The notes under the pieces: model-generated
Seen by the model: the letters and a program-made list of their open reading frames with translations, nothing else
What the model was told of the DNA's origin: nothing
Databases searched by the model: none
Position numbers and translations under genes: made by a program
Part shown: one piece after another, positions 1 to 13,426 of the stretch
Numbering within the stretch: position 1 is the stretch's first letter
Layout: each line of letters begins with the position of its first letter
Assembly: GCA_022813865.1 (NCBI GenBank)
Contig: JALDZX010000010.1
Span: 310,001-374,000, forward strand
Length of the DNA stretch: 64,000 nucleotides
Origin: Xylographa opegraphella
Lineage: Eukaryota
Reading direction: 5' to 3'

Positions 1-1469
1 CCTACCCAGAGGTACAGTACTCGGAATATCAACGATTGAGGCATCTGAATCATCTTCAAACTACAGAACTCGATCGAATATTTTATCTACCTCAGAACAT
101 CATATGATGACCCAGAGCCGCAATGGCTAATCTCCAAGTGCAAGGCCTCCCGGAAGAAACATTTCGCGCCGCAAACAAACGGCCGTGAATGCAGCCAATT
201 TCTCCGAACACTCACAACATAACAGCCAACCGTGCTTGGTTGAGCAGTCAACTGTAACCTCCATGAAAGGAAGCCATGGATTCGAAATGTCAACCAAGTA
301 TCTGCCTCTCTCGTTCCGCAGAACATTGGAAAAGACCACATTACCTGAATGACGAAGCGCTGGAGACCGTTTCTGCGGCCCAACCAATCAGCAGCGGTCA
401 CTACTGAACGGATTCAGGAACCAGGCACGCCCGGTCGTTGATTGGTTGACACGGCTTCACTGCTACCGCCGATCAGTTTTGTCACTAAAACCACTGCCAA
501 GAACATTGACAGTAATAATGAAAATTGACAATAATGAAAATAGAGTGCGCTAGAAGGCGCGACAATGTATTACGAAGAGTGCCACTGTGACTGTTGGTCG
601 TGAAGTCGCCTCAAAATCCAATGTGTTTGCCTTTTGTCTCTACTTGTACCAGAGTGTCAATAATAGCTCTAGCTCGGTTTACTAAAATTATATCACCATC
701 GAAGGGATATGTCCTGGCGCCTTGTTCCTTAGACCGCAATCCAATCACTCTGGCATTAGGTCCTACAACGATGAAAACGTTTTGGAAAGACGCGATGAAT
801 AATGTCCTAAGATTCCTGGCCCATCTCTTTGGTTGATCGTCTCCGTTGCTTTCGTTCATACACTGTTTGATTAAACAAGCTGGGCGTATAATTGTACTGA
901 GAGTACTTTTTCGACTACGTTGTGGAGACTGATGTCTTTCCTGCTCAGAGTGCTCAGAGTGCTTCTTTCGATTGCGCTGTGGAGACTGATGACTTCCGAA
1001 TTTGTCAGTTCTATCTATGATATGCTACTGTGATCGCCTCCTTGTATGTCGGTGATGTTCTACGAATCCTTTTAACTAGTCTACAGTGGCAGCGACGAAC
1101 ATGATGTTTCCATTTCTCAAAATCTATCGTTTGTGTTTCATAAGACTTCAAAGTTTTCGATGTCTCCGTGAAATGAAATCTCACTTTCCAACAGTGCTTG
1201 TGGTCATAGGCACTTGCTGCCGATAACAACAATCGACACCGAAGTATTGAGGATATTTTTCAACTTTTTTGTATACCGGAAAGTGAATAAACTAATAACA
1301 CTTTACCGACCACGTGTAAGCATGATCAGAAGTGACTGTAGGACAACACCATACATCATTTCTGTTATCGATATGTCTCATAAACGTGACTTCTCTCACG
1401 TGCAACTGTCCTGATATGCACTTGCCTTCTTCCCACTTACCCCGAAGAAATCCCGCTAAGGATTGCAAA

Positions 1470-2287
1470 ATGGATGAGGGAGGAATGGATTTTGACTCGA
1501 ATCGTGGAGATCTTGCTGCATCACAGAGCGCCCCAGCCGAAGACTTCAACTATGCAAACATCGACCCAGAATTGTGTAGGTTGAGCAGTAGTCCCGTGTT
1601 TCGAAAAAAAAGTTTTTCACTGGCTGAATGTCTCAGTCTTTATCTCCGAAACCGACACTGCTGATACCAACCATATTACCGGCCCAAGCCTTCTCGACAT
1701 TCCGGCCAGCGATACGCTGCTGGTTCAGGATGTAGAGAATACTCACCTGCCTGTCCCATATGATGGTGTGCTCCCTTTCAGGCCGCTACAGAACTCTTAC
1801 CCTCCAGCACAAGCTTTGTACTCGCCTAAGCAGATCACATTCTCAGAAATGATCGTCAGCGGTTGGATCCAGGAAAGCGACGCCTACCTCCTTCGCCTTG
1901 ATATCCCTAGCACCCTCACGCCAAACAGCTCCCATCCAAACATCCCGACGTTCCATACAAAAGTTTTCTACGCCTACGTAAGCCCTGTCCCGCCGTCCTG
2001 ACACTCACTTCTCTCACTCTACTTTCAGCTGACCAGCGACTCCCCAGGTCGCCAAAGTGGAAGCCGGCAAGGCGTTCGTGAGCCCGGACGCTGTGTATCT
2101 CGAGTGTATACAGGTTCATGATCCGCAGGAGATCGTGGAGGCTATGGGGAGGGAGAACTTCATGCACATCAGCTCGTTCTGCGAGATGCGGGATCCGTGG
2201 ATCTTGGAGGTGGTGCGATTGGGGTGTTCGCGAGGGACGCTTGGGGAGGATCGAGAGAGGTGCTGGCGGTGGAAGCTCGGTTGGTAG
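1470..2287 (+). CDS. Hypothetical protein, 3 exons (approx. 1470-1575, 1637-1977, 2048-2287), about 228 aa, no recognised domain
   Basis: Introns GTAGGT..GCTGAAT..CTCAG and GTAAGC..GCTGAC..CCCCAG join three ORF pieces in frame: MDEGGMDF...DPELF/FISETD...KVFYAY/VAKVEAGKAF...WRWKLGW*. The start codon is uncertain. Confidence 0.55.
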
Positions 2288-3135
2288 GTTTGTTTGAGGA
2301 GCTGGATGGAGGCCTGCGGCATTCTTGAGTGGGGCATCGGGCTGTCGTCAAGCAAAACCGTAGCTTTGATATAAATGTCGAGTTTGCTTGAAAGCGTACT
2401 GATACTGCATCAGAGATCCTCGTTTCACTTGTGGCATCAATTTTCAGCTGCGATCAGCTATAGTTAAGTCACAGTGACCGCTTTCCGGTCTATGATGTAG
2501 GAGCTTGAGAGCCATAAGCGTATTTTCTCGGTGACATTGATCTTAATTTTTGTATAAGTGATATTATCTGCCGGTTCGAATAGGACAAGGAGAATACGAC
2601 TGAAGCATACACACGCTCGTCTGCTCGTCTGCTGCCTGATAGCTTCCAGTACCAAAGAAGGAAGGCGTATCCTTTAATCCCATGAACATATTGAATCATC
2701 CATCCATCAGACATTTTACTTGTCGCTGTCAAGCAGTACCAGGCTAGGTCCTGACCCCAAGCCAAAGGTCCCGTTGACTGTGAACTTCTCAGACACCATT
2801 TTATCGACAGTATTTCTTCAAGTTAGTCTCTGATATGCTTGGGGTGATACAGACAGTCTAACGCCACGGGTCTAAGGGTTTTGCTAAACTCAATTGCTTT
2901 GGTAGGACTAGTGGACGTCATACCGTCCGGATCACGAACCGCGAGGTGGGGAGGTGGGGAAGGAAACATTCCACCAATTGTGATCTTCGGACTCTAGAAT
3001 GGCTGTTCATCGAAGCCGCACCGTGGACTCTCACAGCAAAACTATACTACCTATTGACAGAGGCCCACTGCTGCGCGTATCCATCTTCTGCACAAAACCT
3101 CGACCACAGACGCATTCAGCTCTTCCACCTTCACC

Positions 3136-4604
3136 ATGGCCCCCATAGCTGCCATCGAATACTTCCGCGTCCCGCCCCGCTGGCTGTTTGTCAAGATCAC
3201 CGACTCCCTCGGCCACACCGGCTGGGGTGAAGCCTCCCTCGAAGGCCATACACAAGCCGTGGAAGGCTGCCTTGACGCCTATCGCGAACGCTACGTGGGC
3301 ATGAACGCCGAGTAAGTGGAGGACCCGCAGCCGCTCAACGGGCATCGCAAACGGACTGATAGTGAGATCGAGCACATCTGGCAGACGACGTGGCGCTTGG
3401 GCTTCTACCGCGGCGGACCTGTGTTCATGAGCGCGCTGGCCGGGATTGATATCGCCTTGTGGGATCTAAAAGGCACTGTGCTTGCCTAAGCCTATAGCCC
3501 TTACATACTGATTTCTCACTATATTCCAGCTCGGAAAATGAATGTCCCCCTCTACCAACTCCTCGGCGGTAAAGTCCGCAACAAGCTGAAGGTCTACGCC
3601 TGGATCGGCGGTGACCGCCCCGACGACGTCGCTGCACAAGCGTCTGTTACTCACTCTCTGTTCCGATTTACCTCTGCCACTAACTATCTACACAGCTCCG
3701 CCCGCAAAGGCCAAGGTTTCACCACTATTAAAATGAACGCAACCTCCGACCTCGGCTGGTTGGATTCGCCATCCGCCCTCCTCCCTGCCGTTGAACGCTT
3801 ACGCGCCGTCAAAGCCCTCGGCATGGATGCTGGCATTGACTTCCACGGTAGAGTACACAAGCCAATGTCCAAACAGCTTGCCGCCGCTCTCGCGCCGCAC
3901 TCACCGCTCTTCATCGAGGAGCCACTTCTGTAGGTTTCGCAAAAGGCTCTCCTTCTCAACTCGCACCCCCTTCGAGCAACGAGTCATATCCCACAGTATA
4001 ACACCCAGCGGGCCCGCTCAGCCCTCGCACAAAGCCGGGCCCTAATCACGAAACACGCACCACTAACACCTGTTTCCCCACTAGCTCCGAGCACATCAGC
4101 GGCATCGCCGCCCTCGCCGCCCAAACCAGCATCCCCATCGCCCTCGGCGAGCGCCTCCACAGCCGATGGGACGTGCGGCCCTTCCTCGAAGCCGGCGCCG
4201 TCGACATTCTGCAGCCGGACATCGCCCACGTCGGCGGCGTGTCCGAGCTACGACGCATCGCCGCGATGGCGGAGACGTACGACGTCGCCGTCGCGCCGCA
4301 CTGCCCCCTCGGCCCCATCGCTCTGGCCGCTTGCGTGCAGGTCATGGCCGCCACCGCCAACTTCGCCATCCAGGAGATGAGTCTGGGCATACACTATAAT
4401 GTCGGTGGCGCGGATCTGACGAGCTATGTCCGGAACCCGGAGGTGTGGCGCGTAAGCGAGGGCTATATCGACTTGATGGAGGGGGTGGGGCTGGGCATCG
4501 AGGTGGATGAGCGGGAGGTGAGGGAGAAGGCTGTGGGGGCGGAGGCGTGGGTGAGTTTGGGCTTTGGGCTAGGGGGGCCGGGAGGGGAGGTGAGGGAGTG
4601 GTAG
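3136..4604 (+). CDS. dgoD: D-galactonate dehydratase-like protein (enolase superfamily, mandelate racemase subgroup), 5 exons
   Basis: Motifs [93 protein letters not shown]. Introns at about 3312-3362, 3473-3529 (GC-AG), 3642-3695 and 3930-4084. Confidence 0.92.
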
Positions 4605-4987
4605 GGTGGGGAGGATGATGGCGCTGAGGCGGCTTGCAGAGGGGGCACTGCCGAAATTCGTGTATATCATCACGTAAGGATTTTCTTTGGGTGCGAATCG
4701 CAGAGCAAGTTCTGCGGATAGGCAGATAGCATCGCTCCGAACTCGTACGTGTCATTAAACCGCTATGTGGAACATGCTTTATGTGACATCTATCGTACAA
4801 TTTCCACATTAAGTATTATATCTTCACGACTACGCTTGTCCACCGAGCACGCCAACCACCGAGGCCCAAACCTACAAAACGCATCCGAGGTAGGCAGCCC
4901 TGCTTGCTCTTCCAGTCCGAACACGTTGCCCGCACGCCAGGTACGCTCACTTTTCCAACCACAGTCTCGCAGTCCATAAAGCCGGCA

Positions 4988-6812
4988 CTACTTCCGCGCC
5001 TTGACGACTTTGGTGATCGCATGCCGTATCGTGATCCCCGCTCGCTCGATCTCCTTCCGCGACAGGCCGGTCGTCACACACACCTTCAGCGCCGGCTGTG
5101 GTTCCCAGTCTGCCTCTTTGGCGTTGCTGGCTCGGGGCATGCTCTTGAGGCGGGTGATGAGGATGCCGTTCGCGAGACACTATCAAGCGGTTTTGAGTCA
5201 GCACGCACGGTTATTAGCGGGCTCTCAGTTTGAGCGGAATAGGAAGTGCCATCACACACCTCATCAACGACGTCCTGCAGCAGTATCTCCTGATCCGCCA
5301 CGCTCAGGCGCTTCTGCGACACCACCTCCGGCTTCAGCACGAGCAGCATCATCGGATTCTCAATGGAGCTGGTGCAGCGCACCCAGTCACTTCGCGGGTC
5401 CAGCTGAGCCCACATGGTCTTGATGTTTTCTCTCGATTGCGTGAGAATGTCTGGTGTAGTCTGCAGCAAATTAATGCTCTCGCTTGCAGTTGTGGCCAGC
5501 ATAGCAGACAGGGCGGCGGAGAACGTGTATGCGGCGGAGGAGATACGCTGATGCTCGACGATCTCGTCAGACCCTACACAGAAACCGCCGCCTGCGCAGA
5601 GGGGGCCGGCCAAAGAGCCGACTATCATGTCAACCTCGGCGGCGTCGACATTTTGGTGCTCAGTGATGCCACGACCGGTGCGGCCTAGGACACCGAATGA
5701 CCACGACTCGTCGAGGATGAGGCGGAATTTGTAGCGATGTTTGAGTTCAAGCTGGAATCGTAGTTAGCTCAAGCTACGAAGATTCTCCAATAAAGGTAAG
5801 CAGTAAATGCGGCAGAGCCGATTCGGATAGTCAAGACCAGTGATACATACAATCTTCGGTAAATCTACCATATCCCCAACATTTTCGAACAAGCCTTCGG
5901 TAACGATGAATCTCCTCGTCAATGGCTTCTTTGCCTGCTCCTTTACCACTCTCTCAAGCACCCTCTGCATATCTTCCAAGTCGTTATGGTCATACCACCG
6001 CACCGTACTTCTTGATATTTGAATTCCCTTCCGTACCATATAGTTTACCGCACGATCCGCAACGATGATGTCTCCACGTTTCGAGAAAGCCGGAATGACA
6101 CTGGATATCGTGGAGAAAGCTTGCGCATAGATGATACAGGCAGATGCACCTATATGCGCAGCAATATCTGCTTCAGTCTTCATATGGACATCTTGAGTAC
6201 CATAGAAATTTGGGGGGCCACAGGGGCCAACGCCGTAGGTTCGGAGCGTCTGTATTGCTTTTTCTTTGAGGGTCTCATTGGCGATGAAGTTGTAGTAGTT
6301 ATAAGAGGCGAGATTCGTGACGGTTCGACCATTCGAAAGCTTCGACTTCGGACCTGTGGGCCTGCCACGCAACTTGTCAGCAGGCTTTCCTGCACCGACT
6401 TACAGTAAGTAATTGCAATGACGGAACATACCCAACTATCACGGGCCTTTTCTCGTTTTCTGCTTCCTCAAAGGCACTCAGAGGTGCGACCAGCGGCTCC
6501 GGAGTCCATTCTTCGACGAGTTCGTCAACCTCCTAGCACAACTATAAGCTAGATTTAAGCACAGGATTTGGGATAACGCACTTCGTCCGATAGCGTCACA
6601 TAACTCTTTTTCTGCGTAGAGTAAGCTGGCGCGAGTAGATACCTCACTGCAAAAAGGCAGAGGAACAGCTCTATGCCAGAACGGACGGGGTCATTTTGGT
6701 AGCTTGACTTGACATAGCGTAGGAAGATGGATGACCCTGGCAGCTTTTGAAAGGAATCCGAAACCTCATCTAGGAATTTCACCAACCAGCCGTGTACATC
6801 TTGAACGTCCAT
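4988..6812 (-). CDS. LCB1: Serine palmitoyltransferase subunit Lcb1 (multi-exon)
   Basis: N-terminal YVKSSYQNDPVRS plus a TM helix, NLASYNYYNF, YGVGPCGPPNFYGTQDVH, IVTEGLFEN, HQRISSAAYTFSAA, and C-terminal LKVCVTTGLSRKEIERAG. Confidence 0.93.
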
Positions 6813-6919
6813 AATGTTACGAGAGTAAGACCATTCCCGGGCGCGGAACAAAATGACAATCTAACTTCAGGAAATATTTATAGATCGACTCGAGGTATCT
6901 AGTCTAGTCTAGGGCTGAC

Positions 6920-6968
6920 ACGATGGAGTAAGATACGATGGAGTAAGATACGATGGAGTAAGATACGA
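6920..6968. repeat. Perfect tandem repeat of the 15-bp unit ACGATGGAGTAAGAT, about 3.2 copies, upstream of LCB1
   Basis: Read directly from the sequence; a short (TCTAG)3 run lies just before it at about 6898-6912. Confidence 0.9.
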
Positions 6969-7497
6969 ATTATTTACGCACAGCAATGTAATCCCATTAA
7001 CCCAGTCTCATATACGGAAATCTTAGTGGGAGTTCGAATATGTTTCTCCAGAAGACTGGAAGAGTTGAGGATATATTATAGAGTTCGTGGAAATCAATAG
7101 CATTTAAAAGACGCAACATGAGTGACATTGGTGAAGTGTTCTATTTTCCTAATTCATATACATCGAGGAAAACCTCCTTTGTCGTTTTGTCTGCAGTTTG
7201 GTTTGAGCAAGACGAAAAGAAACTAATGTAGTAAGACATCGTGCAGGCACCAATATTATCCTCTTCTCTGTCGAATGCTACCACACTTACCACTGCAGGT
7301 AACAGTAGAGAATGCGCTATGCCTGCCTCTATCCATGACGCCACTAATAATGTCAACAACAGGAAAACATGCGTCATTTTGTGACCATCGAGGAACAATC
7401 CACCCACAATGCAAAACGTTCTGCAAACATTCTATCCCCTAAAATATTCGTTGAGGCTAGTACCTCTCAAGTCGTGTTCGTGCAGAAGTGAGATCCA

Positions 7498-10400
7498 CTA
7501 GAAGGACAAAGCAGTCACCGTGGCGCCTTGTCCAGGGACAAGCGCAGCACCAGTATGTGAACTGATTGTGTCGTTGTTGTTCAAACCATGAGGCTGCTGG
7601 AGATTCATGTTCCCAACGCTAAATTTGATCTTCAGAAGCATTGGAGATATGACGATTGGTGCAGCGATAAGCCCAACGAACACCACAAGCAGAAGGAAGT
7701 AGAGCATGGCGTAGCGGATGACCCTTCGCTTCCGTAGTTTTGACTGTTTGAGCGAGTAGATCGGAGGACGTATTTGACGACTGGATAGTATTAGTACCAA
7801 AAAACTCTACAAATATAGCATAGATTGAGCATACCTTGGTCTGAGCCAGAAAAGCATCACCGAATGGAACTTGTCGGCATAGGGAATCACGAGAACTGGG
7901 AGCATAAAGAAGAGAATAAAGTGTCCCAAAATGAAGTCGCCTGCGAAAAAGCCTAGCTCAGTGATTTTGCAGAGGAATTCTCGGCCTGGTTGCGAGAGTG
8001 AGTGCCATCCCATGTTATACCATTTCCCAGTCCACCATGCAATATTTGCAGAGTCGGTTTTGAACTCGCGAGTAAGCGCAAGGGCAACGATCAACTTGAA
8101 GAAGAAACGTTGTATGGCCACGACGGCAATCATCCCCAACAAAGCACTTGAGAAACTGAAGGCTTCGAGGAAGAACATGACTTCGAACATAGCGAGAAGC
8201 ATGATGACGGAGATAGAATGAGCGATCGCAGCCAGGACAGAACCAAACTTTTTGCAACACATGCTGAGTAGTGGACCCATACAGCAAGCCATAGCGAACA
8301 GTCCCGCCAACACGCCAGCGTTAACGGCAACAGGAGCTAAAGCCACGATTGCCACCCTGATCAGAGCACCGGTAGGACTAGGTGCTTTACCACCGTTGTT
8401 GGATGCGATAACGCCAGCCTGGGCATTGATAAAGAGGTATGGTATCAACGTCAACGCAACCAAAATTAGGGGTCCAAAAATCTCGCTGAAGAAGATGTTG
8501 CCAAAAGAAGCTCGAGGTATGTCACCTGACATTTTTTGGGATGGTTCTCCTATTGATTTACGCTTGTAGCCAGTGATGCGTGTACGTGAGAGTCGACAGA
8601 ACGCTATCCAGGAAGAGGCGTGAGACCTAGAGTTTCCGCGGGACAGCCACCTCAAGAAGTCACGGTAGTCGATAAAGAAGTCGTTCCAAGCAAACTGATG
8701 AGGGTTAAAGAGAAACGGAGCCATACAGAATGCGAGAAGTGACACCCAGAAATACAGAAACCAGTATCCCCAGATTGTGACGGTGGCAAAGAGCAGCATC
8801 ATCAGCAGGCGTGCACCGAGATAGATTGACGGACCAGCGAAGCGCGAGTAGAGGACGCCGAATGGAATTCTGGCTGTAGCAAACCCACGTCCTGTGCCAA
8901 TGTAGCGTGCACCACCAAACGCCAAATCCGTCGTCAGAGAGTTGGCATAAATCTGACAGACAAAGACTTCGAATAGGGGTGACCCGGAAGCAAATTGTTT
9001 TGCTAACCTAGTCGCCGCTCTCCAGAATCCACGCTCAGTAAGTTCTTGAACGACGAGAGGGATAAAAGAGATGAAGAAGACGATGAAGATTGAAAGCACA
9101 CATCGGAAGACCCAGTTTATTATAGGCTGGAGCATGATGCATCCAGTTGGCATAAAGGCATCCGTGATCGGAGTGTTAGGATCGAAGGCACATGGTATGG
9201 TTTCGTGGCTAAGAGCGCCAATGTTGATCAAGGCAAGCATGAATAATTGAACGGATAGGATGATGAACATGTTGTTGATGTGGAAACCAGGATGAGCGTA
9301 GTAGAATGAAAGGAAGCGGTCGAGCGGAAGCTGAGTGCCCAGATAGTAGTATTCTCGAGAGAGCATCTGCTCACCCATACCAGTTCCGATTTTGGTGGTG
9401 AAGTTCAAGATCGATCCGAAACCAAGATCACGACCTTTGCCGCATTGATAGTATTCGCAGTGCTTAATTCGACCTCCACGAAGCAGCGCATTCATACCAG
9501 CATAAATATCTTCATTCAGATGAAGACCCTTCTGGGCTTTGGAGACACCTCCGCGAGTTGTCATGAATATACCATTCAGGAAATCAGGATGACCATAGTG
9601 AAGCTTGCCGCCGATTTGCGCAAGCGTTCTGGCGAAGAGAGTCCCAAAGGTTTGTTCCTTTCCAGCTGCAAGATCACCAAGTATTCCTATATTCTCTGAG
9701 AAGATGTATTCGCGGGCTCCGAGTATGGCCACGGGGTTTGTCTTGATAGTAGGCAAACCAGGAGTGTAAGGAGATACGTTGTCCGTAGTCATCTCCTCGA
9801 ACTCGGCTAGAACACTTCTGATTTTCAAACATTCCTCAAGATAGTTATCCTGGTTGGCATCAATGAGTTGAATATATTCACCCCGGTAAAAGATAATAGC
9901 GTGATTCTGATTGTCCGATTTCCCATCTCCGAGGATTGGATTTCCGGAGAGCTGTACACGGAACTTAGGCCTGCGCATTCCGTTTTCCATGAGTTCTGAA
10001 TGTCCGTCAACAAGAGCAGAGTACAGCCTAGGTTCTTCTCCTTCTTGGAGAGGAGGCTCCTCATCCAGGTACGCGATTTGAAGATCAGGATAAGCCCGCA
10101 GAAGGAATTCAGTGTTTTCTCGTTCTTCCTTGTTGAATTTTGCGTAACGTTGCATCGACACAATAATCTTAAACTTACGACGGGCCATACGTTCGAGTTC
10201 TCGCTCAAGTTTGTCTGAGTTGCCACCAAACATTTGGACGACTTCTGGGTTTTCCACACGGTAGAGCAATTTAATTGCTCGACTGTAGTTCATGAACCCA
10301 GAAATTGTGCGGTAAAGTGTCTGTGATCGGAGAGATGCCCATATTCGTGTCCGCAGAGTGTACTCTGGAGCAGCCGACTTAAAACCAATGCAATAGAATG

Positions 10401-13400
10401 GCAGATCATCTATTTTGCTTTTCGCTGTATCCTTTTCGTTTTTCTCATAATCACCATTAAATTGAGAGGTTTCGTCGGCCAGAATCTTCGTGTCCTTGAC
10501 GAAACAATCCCATTCATGCGGGTGCAATTGCTTGAGATACTCCAACAATGTCACTCTGGAATAAGGCTCGTCTTCACGAATAATCTCTCGAAGCGATAAC
10601 AGAATCTTTTCGCCATAGTGTGGAATCAGTACAGTGAATGTCGGCATGTTGTCGACAGGTAACGGCTCTGGAATTGGTGTTGATAGAGACTGTGCAAAGA
10701 ACGAGATACGGCGTTCTGCTTCGCTTTGGACAGGGAAAAATTCTGTTTTGAACGAATGATCTTCCTGAGAGACAAAGAAAGTAGGTGCCCGCAAGGTCCT
10801 TTTACCTTCCTGCTCTGATGGTACTTGGTGGTACAGAAGCTTTTGTACGTGGTCGATTGCCAGGAGATGTTCCCGATACATCGAGATGACCACTGCATTC
10901 CAGATTTGCGAAATGAGAACCTTGGGTTTGTATTTAATCTCCATATCCGTGGTCGCAAGCACCTTGGAGTAAATACGTTTCGGTAACCGGGAAAAGATGT
11001 TTCTCCAAGGAGTCCAAATCGAGACACCAAGATAGAAGGATCGTGCTACGGAAAACAGAGTGTTACAAAGAATGTACCAGAGGTAGGTATCGAGGAAGAA
11101 CAATGCCAGATCGGTTGCAAGCATGACCCCAAGAAGAATCTGTGGTTGGTAATGGCACAGGTATTCTTTCAAGATGTAATCGCCAGCACAATTTCGAACG
11201 TGAGTAGTAGACAGAATTCGAATAGGATCCTTGATAGACAATGTGAGGTAGACGTACGATTCCGCAAACTTCGCCAGGAAAACCAGAAACCAGAGACCAT
11301 AGGACATCCACATATCGTTCCCCGATAGGCGAGGCCAACTAGCTGTGAACGTCTGACTGGCAACATACTGGCGAGAATTCTTGGTCAGATAGCTACCGAA
11401 TAAAGCACCCAGTGGCATGATGGCAAAAAAGATCATCGATGCAATGGCAACGCATAGCTGAACAACACCTAGGATGTGTCCGATCGTACCATTTTGAGCG
11501 CCTTTGATGCCGAAGATGTAAATGGATGGGGCGATATTGATAGCAAAAATCGCAATAAGGAACAACAACCGTTTAGAAAGATGTTGAGCACCCGCCCATC
11601 TTCGAGGTACATATGACCATTCAAATAAGGTTGCCAGTATCATGATGAGGGATGCGATGGTACCACCCAAAGCGATAGCCGAAAGTTGTGCTGCTGCAGT
11701 GGGTGGATTATCGAGTTGTTGTTGATAGTTCGGTGTGTACAGAGCTGGCGAATTATAGGCGGTGTAGAACCAGAACATAGTGACATGGATTACCCAGATA
11801 CGGTTGAAGTTGACCAGCATGTGGCCCCAAGAACGGGTCTCTTTGTAAGTCTTGAAGAAGACCTTCTTCCAAGCCACATCTTTGAGCTTGTGGTATCTCT
11901 GAGCTGGTGGCAAGTCAACAATTCTTGATTTGTCCTCCATAACGATACGCTCGATGCCTTCAGGATACCAGAACAGTTGGTTGATGTCATCATATCCGAT
12001 CACTTTGTTGTGATCTCTCTCTCGGCGAACATATTTGCCCTCAAAGATCTCAAACCCTTGGTCACGATAGTAGTGGTAAAGCGGAGTAATGACGTTGTTC
12101 AGGTATGAGAATTCTTCGACAGGTTCGACTCTGCTTTGTCCCTCTGGTGACATGAGATAGTCGTATGCACACTTGAACACAAAGCATAGACATTCAGGCG
12201 CGAAACGGACTTGGTTGGCCTCACCCCAGCAAAGTAGGTATAGGGCAATTTGTCTGACACGGTCATGCTGTGACATCCGATTCATGCGAGATTTCCAGCG
12301 GTACTCCGCAGCTTCAAGACTGTTGTCGCCTTCCATAGCTTCGAGAGTCTGAGCCTCATTTCTCGGATCAGACTCAGCCTGCTTTTTCGCCGCTTTGCGG
12401 GCTTTCCGGGTACGACGGTTCCCCTTGCCCAACTTCATATTTGCGAAGCCTACGGCATCATCCAAATCCAGATGGGCAGCGAAATACCACCGCCGGTAGT
12501 TGGCATTGTCGCCACCAATATAATCGGCGTGTAGTGACAGCAATGCTTGATTCGGGGTCATTCGCGATGCTCGGGAGTCAAGAAGAGTCATGAAGTGATC
12601 ATACTGATTCCTCATACTGTCTCGCTGAAATCCAAATTTGGCCGTGAGATCCAAGAAGATGTCTTCGACCTCCTCTTTAGATAGAGGAATCTGTGCATCC
12701 GAAGTCCAGGCCGGGTATGGCTCTCTAGACCGTTGACCAGCCGGTAGTGCGTTGCTGTAGTCCATACCATAGATAGGCGTGGAAGCACCGGATGATCGGT
12801 TACCACCATAGGAGATTTGTGACGAAGGTGGCCGATAACCACGTCCACCTGTCTGATTCTCGTTGTAACTGTTGTAGCGCTCATCACCACGTCCATAGTA
12901 GTCCATCTCAGCGGCCCTAGCCATGTCGGATCTCATAGTGAAATCACTGAAAGTCTCAGAATCTTCTTCAGAGTCGTGCCCACGACGTCGGGGACGAGTG
13001 CTTTAAGTGATTAGCCTATAACTCGGTTTACGGTAAACAAGTACTCACCCGTTCCCATTAGCCGGGTACTGAGCTTGCTGACCAGCAGCTGGAGCGCCCT
13101 GATCATAATACTGATCATTGTACTCGTCCTGGTAGGCTTCATGAGGATGTCCTTCGTAGTAGCCACCATCTTGTTGGTAAGGATTGTTGGCATCGGCATT
13201 ATAATAGCCGCTTGACAATAGGTCAGTATCGTAGGGTCCCTATAGAGTATCGGATTGCTTACGACTCATCATAGTAACCGTCTCCACCATGGTGTGGTTG
13301 TTGCGGATACTCTTGGTGTTGATCGTAGTAGGCTTGGTTGTGTTCATCTTGATAATAGGAATCGGTCGCTTGTGGCTGATGGCCATAGCCATCATCGTAG

Positions 13401-13426
13401 TGGCCTCCTTGCGGATGACCTGACAT
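7498..13426 (-). CDS. FKS1: 1,3-beta-glucan synthase catalytic subunit (GT48), 4 exons
   Basis: 1709-aa core ORF with [51 protein letters not shown] and many TM helices. N-terminal exons begin [14 protein letters not shown]; the last exon begins [20 protein letters not shown]. Confidence 0.98.

Noticed and set aside
6920..6968. CRISPR-like appearance of the repeated unit
   Set aside because: The units are contiguous with no spacers, there are no cas genes, and the DNA is eukaryotic.
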